Shown here: positions 18,679 through 28,436 of the stretch, piece after piece | Numbering within the stretch: position 1 is the stretch's first letter | Layout: every line of letters starts with the position of its first letter | Assembly: GCA_005809105.1 (NCBI GenBank) | Contig: SYLI01000055.1 | Coordinates: 5,039-69,038, forward strand | Reading direction: 5' to 3' | Source: Verrucomicrobiales bacterium | GTDB lineage: Bacteria; Verrucomicrobiota; Verrucomicrobiia; Limisphaerales; UBA1100 | DNA: 64,000 bases | Made by a program: the position numbers and the translations under genes | Notes under the pieces: model-generated | Seen by the model: the letters and a program-made list of their open reading frames with translations, nothing else | Told to the model about the DNA's origin: nothing | Databases searched by the model: none

Positions 18679-20082
18679 ATGGACGGACTCATCCACACTG
18701 CCGTAAGCCGCCGCGCCCTGCTGCAAGGCGCGGGCTTTGGCGCGCTGGCGCTGGCGGCGCTGCTGGGGGAGACGGCTTCGGGTGCCGGAGCGTCCCCGTT
18801 GTCGCCGCGTGTGCCGCCCCTGCGGGCCCGCGCGCGGCGCGTGATTTTCCTCTTCATGCACGGCGGGCCCTCGCACGTGGACCTCTTTGACTACAAGCCG
18901 CAACTGCAACGCAGCCACGGGCAGCCATTTCCCGGTGAGAAACCGCGCATCGTCTCCGCGCCCACCGGCAATCTGCTGGCGTCGCCCTTCGCGTTCCAAC
19001 GGCACGGCCAGAGCGGCCGGTACGTCTCGGAAGTCTTTCCGCATCTGGCGGGGCTGGTGGATGAACTCGGCTTCATCCATTCCATGCACGGATCCAATTC
19101 GCGGCACGGCGCGGCGCTGCTGGAGCTGCACACCGGTTCGGACACGTTCATCCGGCCATCCATGGGCTCGTGGATCACCTACGGGCTGGGCTCGGAGAAT
19201 CAGGACCTCCCCGGCTACATCACCATCTGCCCGACGCTGACGCACAGCGGGGTGAATGCGTGGTCCTCGGCGTTTCTGCCGGGGCATCATCATGGCACGC
19301 AGATGGGATATCAGGGTACGCCCGCGCCCAACGCGCGGTTTCCATTCATCCAAAACCTATCGGGCACCACCCCCGCGCAGCAGCGGCGCGAGCTGGATCT
19401 GCTCTCGCGCCTCAACGAGCGGCATCTGGCCGGGCGCGGGCCCGATGACGCACTGGCGGCGCGCCTCGCGTCCTTCGAGCTGGCCTTTCGCATGCAGCGG
19501 GAGGCGCCCCGGTTGCAGGACCTCTCCGGCGAGAGCGAGGCCACGCGCAAGCTCTACGGGCTGGACCAGCCGCAGACGCGCGACTTTGGCACGCAATGCC
19601 TCATGGCGCGGCGTTTTGCCGAGGCGGGAGTGCGCTTCGTCCAGGCCACCCACAGCTACAAGTGGGACGCGCATGACAAGGTGGCCGCCAATCACCGCCG
19701 CAATGCCGCCGAGGTGGACAAGCCCATCGCCGGGCTGCTGCGCGATCTCAAGGCGCGCGGGCTGCTGGAGGATACGCTCGTGTTGTGGTGTGGCGAATTT
19801 GGCCGCACGCCCGTGAGCCAGAACGGCGACGGGCGCGACCATAATCCCCACGCGTTCACGGCGTTTCTTGCCGGTGGCGGCGTGCGCGCCGGCCACGCCC
19901 ACGGGGCGACCGATGACTTTGGCTACTACGCGGTGGAGCAGAAGGTCCACTTCCACGACCTGCACGCCACCCTGCTGCACCTGCTGGGCTTGGACCACAC
20001 CCGGCTCACCTTTCGCCACGCCGGGCGCGATTTCCGGCTCACGGACGTCCACGGCGAGATCGTCCGCGAAATCCTCGGCTGA
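18679..20082 (+). CDS. DUF1501 domain protein (Tat signal; partner of module 4)
   Basis: ATG at 18679 (the track start at 18673 is TTG). Motifs SRRALLQGAG, GGPSHVDLFDYKP, MGSWITYGLGSENQDLP, KWDAHDK, CGEFGRTP, terminal RDFRLTDVHGEIVREILG. Confidence 0.9.
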   Translation: MDGLIHTAVSRRALLQGAGFGALALAALLGETASGAGASPLSPRVPPLRARARRVIFLFMHGGPSHVDLFDYKPQLQRSHGQPFPGEKPRIVSAPTGNLLASPFAFQRHGQSGRYVSEVFPHLAGLVDELGFIHSMHGSNSRHGAALLELHTGSDTFIRPSMGSWITYGLGSENQDLPGYITICPTLTHSGVNAWSSAFLPGHHHGTQMGYQGTPAPNARFPFIQNLSGTTPAQQRRELDLLSRLNERHLAGRGPDDALAARLASFELAFRMQREAPRLQDLSGESEATRKLYGLDQPQTRDFGTQCLMARRFAEAGVRFVQATHSYKWDAHDKVAANHRRNAAEVDKPIAGLLRDLKARGLLEDTLVLWCGEFGRTPVSQNGDGRDHNPHAFTAFLAGGGVRAGHAHGATDDFGYYAVEQKVHFHDLHATLLHLLGLDHTRLTFRHAGRDFRLTDVHGEIVREILG

Positions 20083-20085
20083 AGA

Positions 20086-21234
20086 TCAGGTGATGTGCGC
20101 GCCCTGCGTCTCCACGTACAGGGCATAGAGCGAGCTGCTGCCGGTCATGAAGAGCCGGTTGCGGCGCGTGCCACCGAAGCACACGTTGCTGCAAATCTCC
20201 GGCAAGAGCACCTGGCCGATGCGCTGGCCCTCGGGCGCAAAAATGTGCACGCCGTCGTAGCCGTCGCCCACCCAGCCGGCGCTGGCCCAGATGTTGCCGT
20301 CCTTGTCGGCGCGGATGCCGTCGGCAAAGCCGGCCTTCTTGGCCTTCACCACCTTGCCGGTGGCGTCGGCCTCCTCCATCTCCAGGCTCATGCTGGCAAA
20401 CTCGCGGCCGTTTTTCAGGCCCGCGCCGTCCACGTCCCACACCTTGATGTTGCGCGGCGCGTCCGGATAGTGCGACGCGCCCGTGTCGGCGACGTAGAGC
20501 TTCTTGTAGTCCGGGCTGAAGCAAAGGCCGTTGGGCTTGAAAATGTCGTCGGCGACCTTGGTGACCTTCCCCGCCTTCACGTCGATGCGGTAGATGGCCT
20601 CCTTTTGGTGGGGCGCGAGGCTGTCGTTGGCGGCCTTGTTGCCCTCGTAGTTCATCAAGGCGCCGTAGCCTGGATCGGTGAACCACACGCTGCCGTCTTG
20701 CGGATGCACCACCGCGTCGTTGGGCGCATTGAGCGACTTGCCGCCAAAGCGGTCGGCCAGCACCGTCAGCCCGCCGTTAGGCTCATAGCGCACCACGCGG
20801 CGGTTGCCGTGCTCGCAGGAGATCTGGCGGCCCTCAGAGTCGAAGGTGTTGCCGTTGCTGTGACCGGCGGGGTTGCGCAGCACGCTCACATGGCCATCCT
20901 CCTCCAGCCACCGCATCTGGATGTTGTGGGGGATGTCGCTCCAGAGCAGATACCGGCCCACGCCGTTCCACGCCGGGCCTTCGGCCCACAGCATTTTGTC
21001 GCTGTGATACAGGCGCAGGATGGGCGAGTTGCCCAGCTTGTACTTCTTAAACCGGTCGTCCAACACCACCACGTCGGGTTCCGGATAGCGCACCGGCAGC
21101 TTGCCCGTCCAGTCGCGCGGCACGGCCTTGGGCGCGGCGGCGGCTGTGAGGGAGGTGAGGGTCGTGAGCGACGCGGCTGCGAGAAACCCGCGGCGGCTGA
21201 GAGGCGAAGCGATGAACGGGGTGTGTGAATTCAT
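20086..21234 (-). CDS. SMP-30/gluconolactonase/LRE family protein (Tat signal)
   Basis: Begins MNSHTPFIASPLSRRGFLAAAS. Motifs EGPAWN, GNTFDSEGR, NAPNDAVVHPQDGSVWFTDP, PNGLCFSPD. The track ORF is trimmed to the ATG at 21234. Confidence 0.85.
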   Translation of the reverse strand: MNSHTPFIASPLSRRGFLAAASLTTLTSLTAAAAPKAVPRDWTGKLPVRYPEPDVVVLDDRFKKYKLGNSPILRLYHSDKMLWAEGPAWNGVGRYLLWSDIPHNIQMRWLEEDGHVSVLRNPAGHSNGNTFDSEGRQISCEHGNRRVVRYEPNGGLTVLADRFGGKSLNAPNDAVVHPQDGSVWFTDPGYGALMNYEGNKAANDSLAPHQKEAIYRIDVKAGKVTKVADDIFKPNGLCFSPDYKKLYVADTGASHYPDAPRNIKVWDVDGAGLKNGREFASMSLEMEEADATGKVVKAKKAGFADGIRADKDGNIWASAGWVGDGYDGVHIFAPEGQRIGQVLLPEICSNVCFGGTRRNRLFMTGSSSLYALYVETQGAHIT

Positions 21235-21329
21235 GATCGGGAGTGGCTGGGCCAAAGCGTGTGCCGGACCCGTGGCGCGTGCAAGAAAAAGCTGGCGGCG
21301 CTGCGCGGCTTGGCCTTTTGATTCCACCG

Positions 21330-22613
21330 ATGTCACTGCTCGCCGCCAGCCGGTTCCCGCGCATGTTTGCCGTGCGACAGAATTTTCCGCGGCCGGTGCC
21401 GCTGGACATTCCCGCCGTGGTGCACGAGCAGGTGGGCGCGGTGAAAGCGTGTCTCAAGCCCGGCCAGCGCGTGGCGGTGGCGGTGGGCAGCCGCGGCATT
21501 GCAAACCTCGCACGCATCGTGCGCTCGGTGCTCGACGAGCTTAAAGCCGCCGGCACGCTCCCCTTCATCATCCCCGCCATGGGCAGCCACGGCGGTGCCA
21601 CGCCCGAGGGGCAGCGTCATGTGCTGGCCGACTACGGCGTGACGGAAGAGTCAATGGGCGTGCCCATCGAGGCGTCGATGCAGACGCGCGAGCTGGGCCG
21701 CACGCCCAGCGGCATCCAAGTCTGCATCAGTGCGCCGGCGCTGGACGCCGGGGGCATCGTGGTCATCAACCGCGTGAAGCCGCACACCGACTACCACAGC
21801 CGTACGCTGGGCAGCGGGCTTTTCAAGATGATGGTCGTGGGACTGGGCAAGCACGACGGGGCGGCGAATTTCCACCGGGCCGCCGTGCACGTCGGCTACG
21901 AGCCGGCGCTGCGGGAGATTGGGCGCATGGTGCTGGCTCGTGCGCCCATCCTTTTTGGCGTCGCGCTGGTGGAGAACCAGCACCACGACACAGCGCGCAT
22001 CGAGGCGGTGCTTCCCGGGGCGATGGAGGAACGCGAGGCGGCACTCTTTGCCGAGTCGGCGGCGCTGCTGCCCCGGCTGCCTTTTGAGGACGTTGACCTG
22101 CTGGTGATTGACCGCATCGGCAAGAACATCAGCGGGCCGGGGATGGACCCCAATGTCACCGGACGCCGCGCACACGCCTACAGCACGCTGCTGCGCAACG
22201 ATCTCGAAGTCCACCCGTTCGTGCGCCGCATCTTCGTGCGCGGGCTCACCTCGGAAACGCACGGCAACGCCATCGGCATCGGCATGGCCGACGCCACCAC
22301 CGAGCGGCTCGCGACCGCCATGGACCGGCGTCTGACGCAGATCAACGCGCTCACCTCGCTCACGCTTCACAGCGCCAAGCTCCCGGTTATTTTTGCCAGC
22401 GACCGTGACGCCATCGCGTCCATGCTCGACACGCTGGCTGTGCCCGACACGTCACAGGCGCGCGTGGCACGCATCGCCACCACGCTGGATCTCACCACGC
22501 TGGAATTGTCGGAGGCCCATGCCGCGGACGTGGCGGCGCGCGCCGACCTCACGGTGTTGGGGCCGCCCGCGGACTGGGTGTTTGACGGCGAGGGCAACCT
22601 GCCCGACCTCTAA
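21330..22613 (+). CDS. Conserved protein, tentatively LarA N-terminal-like (DUF2088-type) domain protein
   Basis: The ORF has good codon bias. GSRGI..PAMGSHGGAT..INRVKPHTD..GLGK resembles motifs I recall in DUF2088/LarA_N proteins. The family assignment is unverified. An alternative start is at 21363. Confidence 0.55.
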   Translation: MSLLAASRFPRMFAVRQNFPRPVPLDIPAVVHEQVGAVKACLKPGQRVAVAVGSRGIANLARIVRSVLDELKAAGTLPFIIPAMGSHGGATPEGQRHVLADYGVTEESMGVPIEASMQTRELGRTPSGIQVCISAPALDAGGIVVINRVKPHTDYHSRTLGSGLFKMMVVGLGKHDGAANFHRAAVHVGYEPALREIGRMVLARAPILFGVALVENQHHDTARIEAVLPGAMEEREAALFAESAALLPRLPFEDVDLLVIDRIGKNISGPGMDPNVTGRRAHAYSTLLRNDLEVHPFVRRIFVRGLTSETHGNAIGIGMADATTERLATAMDRRLTQINALTSLTLHSAKLPVIFASDRDAIASMLDTLAVPDTSQARVARIATTLDLTTLELSEAHAADVAARADLTVLGPPADWVFDGEGNLPDL

Positions 22614-23626
22614 GCGGGCTTGGCGCTCATGCGGCAGATGCGCAGGAAGCCATCAAAGTGCGCCGTGGCCAGATGCAGCCCATCGGGGGCCAGGTGCATG
22701 TCGCGGCAGGTGTCCTTGAGCTTGAGCTTGTGAAATTCGTTTTTCTCGCCGGGCTTCCAGAAATAAACCTGGCCACCGCTTCCTCCACCAGCGCCCGCCA
22801 GCACCAGTCCTTCGGGATGCAGCGCCAGACCCCACGCGACGCCGTTAAACGTCTCCTTGGCCAGGTGCTGCGTGGTGCTCTTGCCCGTGGCCCAGTCGAG
22901 CATCACCACGCACGGATTGCCGATGCCGGCGAAGGCGTTGGAGACATTGGTGATGCCGCCCACCGCGAGCTGCGCGCCCTTGGTGTCAAATTGCAGCGAA
23001 CGCGCCCCGCCGATGTCCGCCATGAACCCCTTGTCATAGATGTGCAGCGCCTCCACCTTGAGCGGGCGCGCCACCTTGCCGTCCGCCAGCGTCCAGTGCA
23101 GCACGTTGCACTTGAGATCCACCGACACCAGATGCTTGCCATCGGGATGAAAGGCCGCGTTGTACACCCGGGTTTCGTGGCCTCGCAGCGTCTGCCTGGG
23201 CTGGCCGTCGGAGGCCGACCAGACCCGCACCAGAAGGTCGTTGCCGCACGTGGCGATGAGCGAGCCATCCGGGCTCACGGCGATGGCGTTAATCCAGCCT
23301 TGATGCGCTTCGATGGCGCGCGAAGGCGCCCCGCCTTCCAGCGGCCACCAAAGCAGGCGTCCATCGTAGCCGCCTGTGTACACGCTCGCGCCGTCGGGCG
23401 AGAAGGCGATGCCGCGCACCCACGCGTTGGCACCTTTAAGCTGCGTGGCCTTGCCAGTCGCCGCTTCGCAACGCCACACTTGATAGTCCTGGGCGCCGGC
23501 AAAGAGGAACCGGCCCTTGGGGTCGTAGCGGCAGGAGATGAGCGGGCTGCCGATTTTCCACTCGCTGGCCACGTGCGTTTGCGCGACGTCCAGTTTGGCG
23601 GCCACGGGCTTGGGAGCATCAGCCAT
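22610..23626 (-). CDS. WD40 repeat protein
   Basis: Repeated blades with SPDG/HPDG..(V/L)W(S/W) patterns, for example AFSPDGASVYTGGYDGRLLWW, AVSPDGSLIATCGNDLLVRVW and AFHPDGKHLVS. No signal peptide is visible. Confidence 0.8.
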   Translation of the reverse strand: MADAPKPVAAKLDVAQTHVASEWKIGSPLISCRYDPKGRFLFAGAQDYQVWRCEAATGKATQLKGANAWVRGIAFSPDGASVYTGGYDGRLLWWPLEGGAPSRAIEAHQGWINAIAVSPDGSLIATCGNDLLVRVWSASDGQPRQTLRGHETRVYNAAFHPDGKHLVSVDLKCNVLHWTLADGKVARPLKVEALHIYDKGFMADIGGARSLQFDTKGAQLAVGGITNVSNAFAGIGNPCVVMLDWATGKSTTQHLAKETFNGVAWGLALHPEGLVLAGAGGGSGGQVYFWKPGEKNEFHKLKLKDTCRDMHLAPDGLHLATAHFDGFLRICRMSAKPA

Positions 23627-23723
23627 GCTAGGGGCATACTGCGCCGCGGTGCGTCGCTGGCAATCCAATTTGCATCCCTAGTCTCGCGTTGCCATGCATA
23701 GTCCGGCCGATTACGGTTTCCAC

Positions 23724-25352
23724 ATGAACCCCGCGACCGCGTTGCGTTGGGTGGCGATGTGGATGTTCGTGCTCGCGAGGCCCGTGGTGGGCGCAAGCGC
23801 CGTGGATGAGGCGCAATTTGCGCGGGGGCGCGCGCTGTACGCGCAGCACTGTTTTTATTGCCACCAGACCGACGGGCAGGGATCGCCCGGGACGTTTCCG
23901 CCGCTGGCCAAGTCTGACTTCTTGCTGGCCGACCGTGCGCGCGCCATCCGAATCGTGTGCGAGGGCCTTGGCGGAAAAATTGTCGTCAACGGCATCTCGT
24001 ATGAAGGGCGTATGCCCGTGCCCGTGCTGGACGATGCGGCCGCGGCCGACGTGCTGACCTTTGTGTTCAATAGCTGGGGCAATGTGGCGCCGGCCCTCAA
24101 CGCCCAGGAGGTGAAGGTCGTTCGCGCCAAGACCCGCTTCCCAACGTATGACGCGCTTCTCAAGGCGGCGGATTATGCTCCATTGCCCCCGGCGCCCCGA
24201 GGCTGGGCGCTGCGCGAAGTGTCGCGCCTTGAGGCCTCACCCACGCGAATGGCCAGCGATGGGAAGGGCAGGGTGCTCTACACGCTGGCCCAGAACGGCG
24301 ATGTCTTTCGTGTGGATGTGGCCTCGGGGCGGTCGCGGCCGCTGTTCCGCGCCAAGAACTATCTCGACGCGCGGCTGGGCGAGCCGATGGCATTGGGACT
24401 GGTGATGGATCCAAAGCGGCGGCTTTACGTCGTCGTCAATCAGCAGAACGAATCCGTGCGGCCGGTTCAATGCGAGGTGACGATTTTCCGCACGACCGAC
24501 GAGCTGGACGGTGATCCGTTCGCCCCGCAGGCGTGGTTTAAAACACGCTACCCTTTCGGGCACGGCCCGTTTAATCACGGCGTGAACCACATTGATGTCG
24601 GGCCGGATGGCAAACTCTACGTCAGCAGTGGGGCGCGCACCGACGGCAATGAGAAGAGCGGCGACCCACGCTTTTCAAGCGAAGGCGAGACGCCCTTGAC
24701 GGCGTGCCTGTGGCGGCTGGATCCCAACGCAGCATCGCCCAAGGTGGAGATCTACGCGCGCGGGCTGCGCAACACATATGATTTTTGCTGGGACGACCGG
24801 GGCCGCATCATCGGGACGGAGAACGGCCCCAACGCCGATGCGCCCGAGGAACTCAATGTGATCGAGCAGGGCGGGCACCACGGATTCCCCTACCAGTTCG
24901 CCGACTGGCAGGCGAAACCCTATCCGCACACGCCCGATGCTCCGCGGGGGTTGAAGATCACACTGCCTGTCCGGAACCTTGGGCCGGCCGCCGGCGGTTC
25001 AGCCTCGCGGGCCATGTCCACGTTCGATCCGCATTCCTCGCCTTCGGGTGTCGTGTGGCTGGGTGAGGGTTTTCCTGAACCCATGCGCGGCACCATCTTG
25101 GTGGCCCGGTACGGCAATCTGGCGTCGCTCAAGAAGGACGTGGGATTTGATCTGCTGCAGGCGAAGCTGGAGCGCAAGGGTGACCGGTGGCAGGCGAGCA
25201 TTCAGACCCTGCTGGCACCGCTAGCGCGGCCGGTTGATCTGCATCTGGGGCCGGGCAAGGTGTTCATCGCCGAACATGCCCGTGCCACCGACAACGCGAG
25301 CGGGCTTCCCATGCTGCCCGGCCGCATTCTTGAACTCTCCGCGCAACCCTGA
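23724..25352 (+). CDS. Cytochrome c domain fused to PQQ-dependent sugar (glucose/sorbosone-type) dehydrogenase-like propeller
   Basis: Signal peptide, then CFYCH with FPPLAKSD, followed by a beta-propeller region (GLRNTYDFCWD, GFPYQ). The ATG at 23724 is preferred over 23694. Confidence 0.75.
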   Translation: MNPATALRWVAMWMFVLARPVVGASAVDEAQFARGRALYAQHCFYCHQTDGQGSPGTFPPLAKSDFLLADRARAIRIVCEGLGGKIVVNGISYEGRMPVPVLDDAAAADVLTFVFNSWGNVAPALNAQEVKVVRAKTRFPTYDALLKAADYAPLPPAPRGWALREVSRLEASPTRMASDGKGRVLYTLAQNGDVFRVDVASGRSRPLFRAKNYLDARLGEPMALGLVMDPKRRLYVVVNQQNESVRPVQCEVTIFRTTDELDGDPFAPQAWFKTRYPFGHGPFNHGVNHIDVGPDGKLYVSSGARTDGNEKSGDPRFSSEGETPLTACLWRLDPNAASPKVEIYARGLRNTYDFCWDDRGRIIGTENGPNADAPEELNVIEQGGHHGFPYQFADWQAKPYPHTPDAPRGLKITLPVRNLGPAAGGSASRAMSTFDPHSSPSGVVWLGEGFPEPMRGTILVARYGNLASLKKDVGFDLLQAKLERKGDRWQASIQTLLAPLARPVDLHLGPGKVFIAEHARATDNASGLPMLPGRILELSAQP

Positions 25353-25411
25353 GTTTGCCGGGCAATTTTTGCGTGAATGCGAACCGCCGCTTGCCAGACT
25401 AAGAAACCGGA

Positions 25412-28400
25412 ATGAACCGCGCCATCCAGACCGCCAGGTTGCTGCTGGGCAGCGCGCTTCTGGCCGGTTGCGCTGCGCCCTCGCCCTTGCCGGCGCCAGT
25501 GGGCAAGTCGCACTGGGCCTTTCAACCCGTGCAGCCAACACGGCCGCCGCAGGTTCGCGACGCCGCATGGCTGCGCAATCCCGTGGATGCGTTTATCCTG
25601 GCGCGCCTCGAGCAGCATCAGCTCCCGCCCGCGGCTCGCGCCGACAAGGGCACGTTGCTGCGCCGGGTGACGATGGATCTCACCGGGCTGCCGCCGACCC
25701 CCGCAGAGCTAGACGCGTTCCTCGCCGACGCGTCGCCCGACGCATATGACAAGGTGGTGGATCGGCTATTGTCGTCGCCGCGCTACGGCGAGCGATGGGG
25801 TCGCTACTGGCTCGACGTGGCGCGCTACTCCGACACCAAGGGCTACGTGTATGCGCGCGAGGAGCGGTTCTGGGTGCATGCGCACACGTACCGCGATTGG
25901 GTCATCCGCGCCCTCAACGAGGACCTGCCCTACGATCAGTTCCTGCTCTTGCAGCTCGCCGCCGATCAGGCTGCGCCACAGGACCTCAAGGCCCAGGCGG
26001 CAATGGGATTTCTCACCTTGGGCCGGCGCTTTCTGGGGGTCACGCATGACATTATCGACGATCGCATCGACACCGTGACTCGCGGGATGTTGGGCCTCAC
26101 TGTCAGTTGCGCGCGCTGCCACGACCACAAGTACGACCCCATCCCCACGCAAGACTACTACTCGCTCTACGGCATCTTCCACAACTCGGTTGAGCACCTG
26201 ATCAGCCTCGATCCGGCACCGGCAAAAACTGAGATCTATGCTGCGTTTGAAAAGGAATACCAAACCAAATGGAAGGCGTTTGCCGCCGCCCAATCCCTGC
26301 GGCGGGAGGAATCCGCGGCGCGGGCGCGAAGTCGTGCGGGCGAGTACATGGCCGCGCAGCTCAATCTCTCGCAATTCCCGGAGGAAGGCTTCGACCAGAT
26401 TCTGACCACGAAAGACCTCATCCCCGCCTTCGTCCGGCGCTGGCGCGATTTTCTTGCGGGGCGCGCGCGCGAGCACGATCCCGTGTTTGGCCTTTGGCAT
26501 CACCTGCGCACGGTTTCCCCCGCTGACATCGAGCGCGCCACGGCGGCTTATTGGTCAGAATCAAGCCGGGCGGCAAAGCGAACCAACGCGCGCATCCGCG
26601 CCGCCTTCGCAACGGCACCGCGGAGCATGGCCGAAGCTGCGCAGCGCTACGGCGCAGTGTTTGTCGAGGTGGACGCGCAGTGGAAAGCGGCGCTGAGCGC
26701 ATCGCGTCCGCAGGGTGCGGCCTCACTTGCGGCGTTGGCCGACTTCGATGCGGAGGAGATCCGGCGCATCCTGTATGCGCCAGATTCACCGTGCGTCGTG
26801 CCGGCGACGGGCATGGCGAACAACGAACAGTTCTTTGAGACCGACGTCATCGAGGCTCTGTGGAAACTGCAGGGCGAAGCCGACCGGGTGCTGCTGCGCG
26901 CGGCTGGTGCCCCGCCGCACGCGCTGGTGTTGCGCGATGGGCCGCCCGAGCCGCTGCCGCGCGTCTTGATTCGAGGCAAGGCATCGACTCTGGGTGATGA
27001 GGTCAACCGCCAGTTCCTTTCCGCGCTCGCGGGCCCAAATCCAAAGCCCTTCCTGCAGGGCAGCGGAAGGCTGGAACTGGCTCGTGCGATTGCTCACGCC
27101 GACAATCCCCTCACGGCGCGCGTGGCGGTGAATCGAATCTGGCGCCACCACTTCGGCGCGGGGCTGGTGCGCACTCCCAGCGATCTAGGCACGCGCGCCG
27201 AGCCGCCCAGCCATCCCGAGCTGCTCGACTGGCTCGCCGGCTGGTTTGTCACGCAAGGCTGGTCCCAGAAGAAGCTGCACCGGCTCATCGTGCTGAGCGC
27301 CGCGTACCAGCAATCCGGCATGGAGCATGCGAAGGCGCGCGCCGTGGATCCTGAGAACCGGCTGCTCTCCCATTTCCCGCGGCAGCGGCTCGACTACGAG
27401 GCCCTGCGCGACTCGATCCTCTTCACATCCGGTGAATTGGATCTGCAAATGGGAGGTCGGCCCGTGACGCTGCACACCGAGCCCTTCACTGCGCGGCGCG
27501 CCGTGTACGGGCTGGTGGACCGCCAGTTCGTGCCCGAACTGCTGCGCGTGTTTGACTTTGCCAATCCCGACATGCACTGCCCGCAGCGCTCGTCCACTAT
27601 GGTTCCGCAACAGTCGCTCTTTCTGCTCAACAGCCCGTTCGTGGCGGCGCGGGCGCGCGCACTCGCCGCGAAGGTGGCGCGGGAAAATCCCGATGGAGGC
27701 GCGAGCTCCCGGGCAGCGCGGGTTCGATCGCTCTACCGCGCGCTTTATCTGCGCGAGCCCACGGCCTCGCAGCTGGCGGCGGGAGTGGAGTTTTTGGCGG
27801 TGCAAGAGCCTGGGCCGGCCGCTCCGGCGCGCGTGGTTCCTGTGGAGTGGCAGTATGGCTATGGCGAGTATAACGCCACAAGCCAGCGTGTGGTTCAATT
27901 CAAGCCGCTGCCGCATTTTACTGGCGACGCGTGGCAGGGAAGCGGCACGTACCCCGATGCGAAGTACGGATGGCTCAAGCTGACGGCGGATGCCGGACAC
28001 CCGGGCAACGACCGGGCGCACGCGGTGGTGCGCCGGTGGGTGGCGCCGGTGGACGCAGCCGTGTCCATCGCCGGCGTGGTTGCCCACTCGGCGGCGCCGG
28101 GCGATGGGATCCGTGCCTTCATCGTTTCCAGCAGGCACGGCGTGCTGCTGACCCGATCACTGCACAATTCCCAAGCCGCCGCAGACTTGGCGCGCGTGGA
28201 GGTGACGCGTGGTGACACGCTGGATTTCGTGGTGGATATCGGCGGCACGCTCAGCCATGATGATTTTCAATGGGCGCCGAAGATTCAGACTCTGCCGACG
28301 GCCCCGGCTCGCCTCTGGGACGCGCTGGCCGACTTTGGTGGGCCGCCGACGCAGCCCCTGCAGATGCTCAATCCGCTCGAAGCCTACGTGCACGTGCTGC

Positions 28401-28432
28401 TGCTCTCCAATGAGTTTGCCTTCGTCGAATGA
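25412..28432 (+). CDS. DUF1549/DUF1553 lipoprotein with extra C-terminal domain (module 5, subtype B)
   Basis: Lipobox LLAGC near the N-terminus. Motifs WLDVARYSDT..YRDWVIRALNEDLPYDQFLLLQLAADQ, CARCHDHKYDPI, NPLTARVAVNRIWRHHFG. About 150 extra residues sit before the terminal LLLSNEFAFVE. Confidence 0.9.
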   Translation: MNRAIQTARLLLGSALLAGCAAPSPLPAPVGKSHWAFQPVQPTRPPQVRDAAWLRNPVDAFILARLEQHQLPPAARADKGTLLRRVTMDLTGLPPTPAELDAFLADASPDAYDKVVDRLLSSPRYGERWGRYWLDVARYSDTKGYVYAREERFWVHAHTYRDWVIRALNEDLPYDQFLLLQLAADQAAPQDLKAQAAMGFLTLGRRFLGVTHDIIDDRIDTVTRGMLGLTVSCARCHDHKYDPIPTQDYYSLYGIFHNSVEHLISLDPAPAKTEIYAAFEKEYQTKWKAFAAAQSLRREESAARARSRAGEYMAAQLNLSQFPEEGFDQILTTKDLIPAFVRRWRDFLAGRAREHDPVFGLWHHLRTVSPADIERATAAYWSESSRAAKRTNARIRAAFATAPRSMAEAAQRYGAVFVEVDAQWKAALSASRPQGAASLAALADFDAEEIRRILYAPDSPCVVPATGMANNEQFFETDVIEALWKLQGEADRVLLRAAGAPPHALVLRDGPPEPLPRVLIRGKASTLGDEVNRQFLSALAGPNPKPFLQGSGRLELARAIAHADNPLTARVAVNRIWRHHFGAGLVRTPSDLGTRAEPPSHPELLDWLAGWFVTQGWSQKKLHRLIVLSAAYQQSGMEHAKARAVDPENRLLSHFPRQRLDYEALRDSILFTSGELDLQMGGRPVTLHTEPFTARRAVYGLVDRQFVPELLRVFDFANPDMHCPQRSSTMVPQQSLFLLNSPFVAARARALAAKVARENPDGGASSRAARVRSLYRALYLREPTASQLAAGVEFLAVQEPGPAAPARVVPVEWQYGYGEYNATSQRVVQFKPLPHFTGDAWQGSGTYPDAKYGWLKLTADAGHPGNDRAHAVVRRWVAPVDAAVSIAGVVAHSAAPGDGIRAFIVSSRHGVLLTRSLHNSQAAADLARVEVTRGDTLDFVVDIGGTLSHDDFQWAPKIQTLPTAPARLWDALADFGGPPTQPLQMLNPLEAYVHVLLLSNEFAFVE

Positions 28433-28436
28433 ACCG

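Noticed and set aside
23627-23723. Short inverted repeat CTAGGG...CCCTAG in the WD40 / cytochrome-dehydrogenase divergent region, and a GAATGAATTGAATTG patch at about 34578-34592.
   Set aside because: The arms are only 6 bp and the flanks are imperfect. Both could be operators, but by eye they cannot be distinguished from chance.
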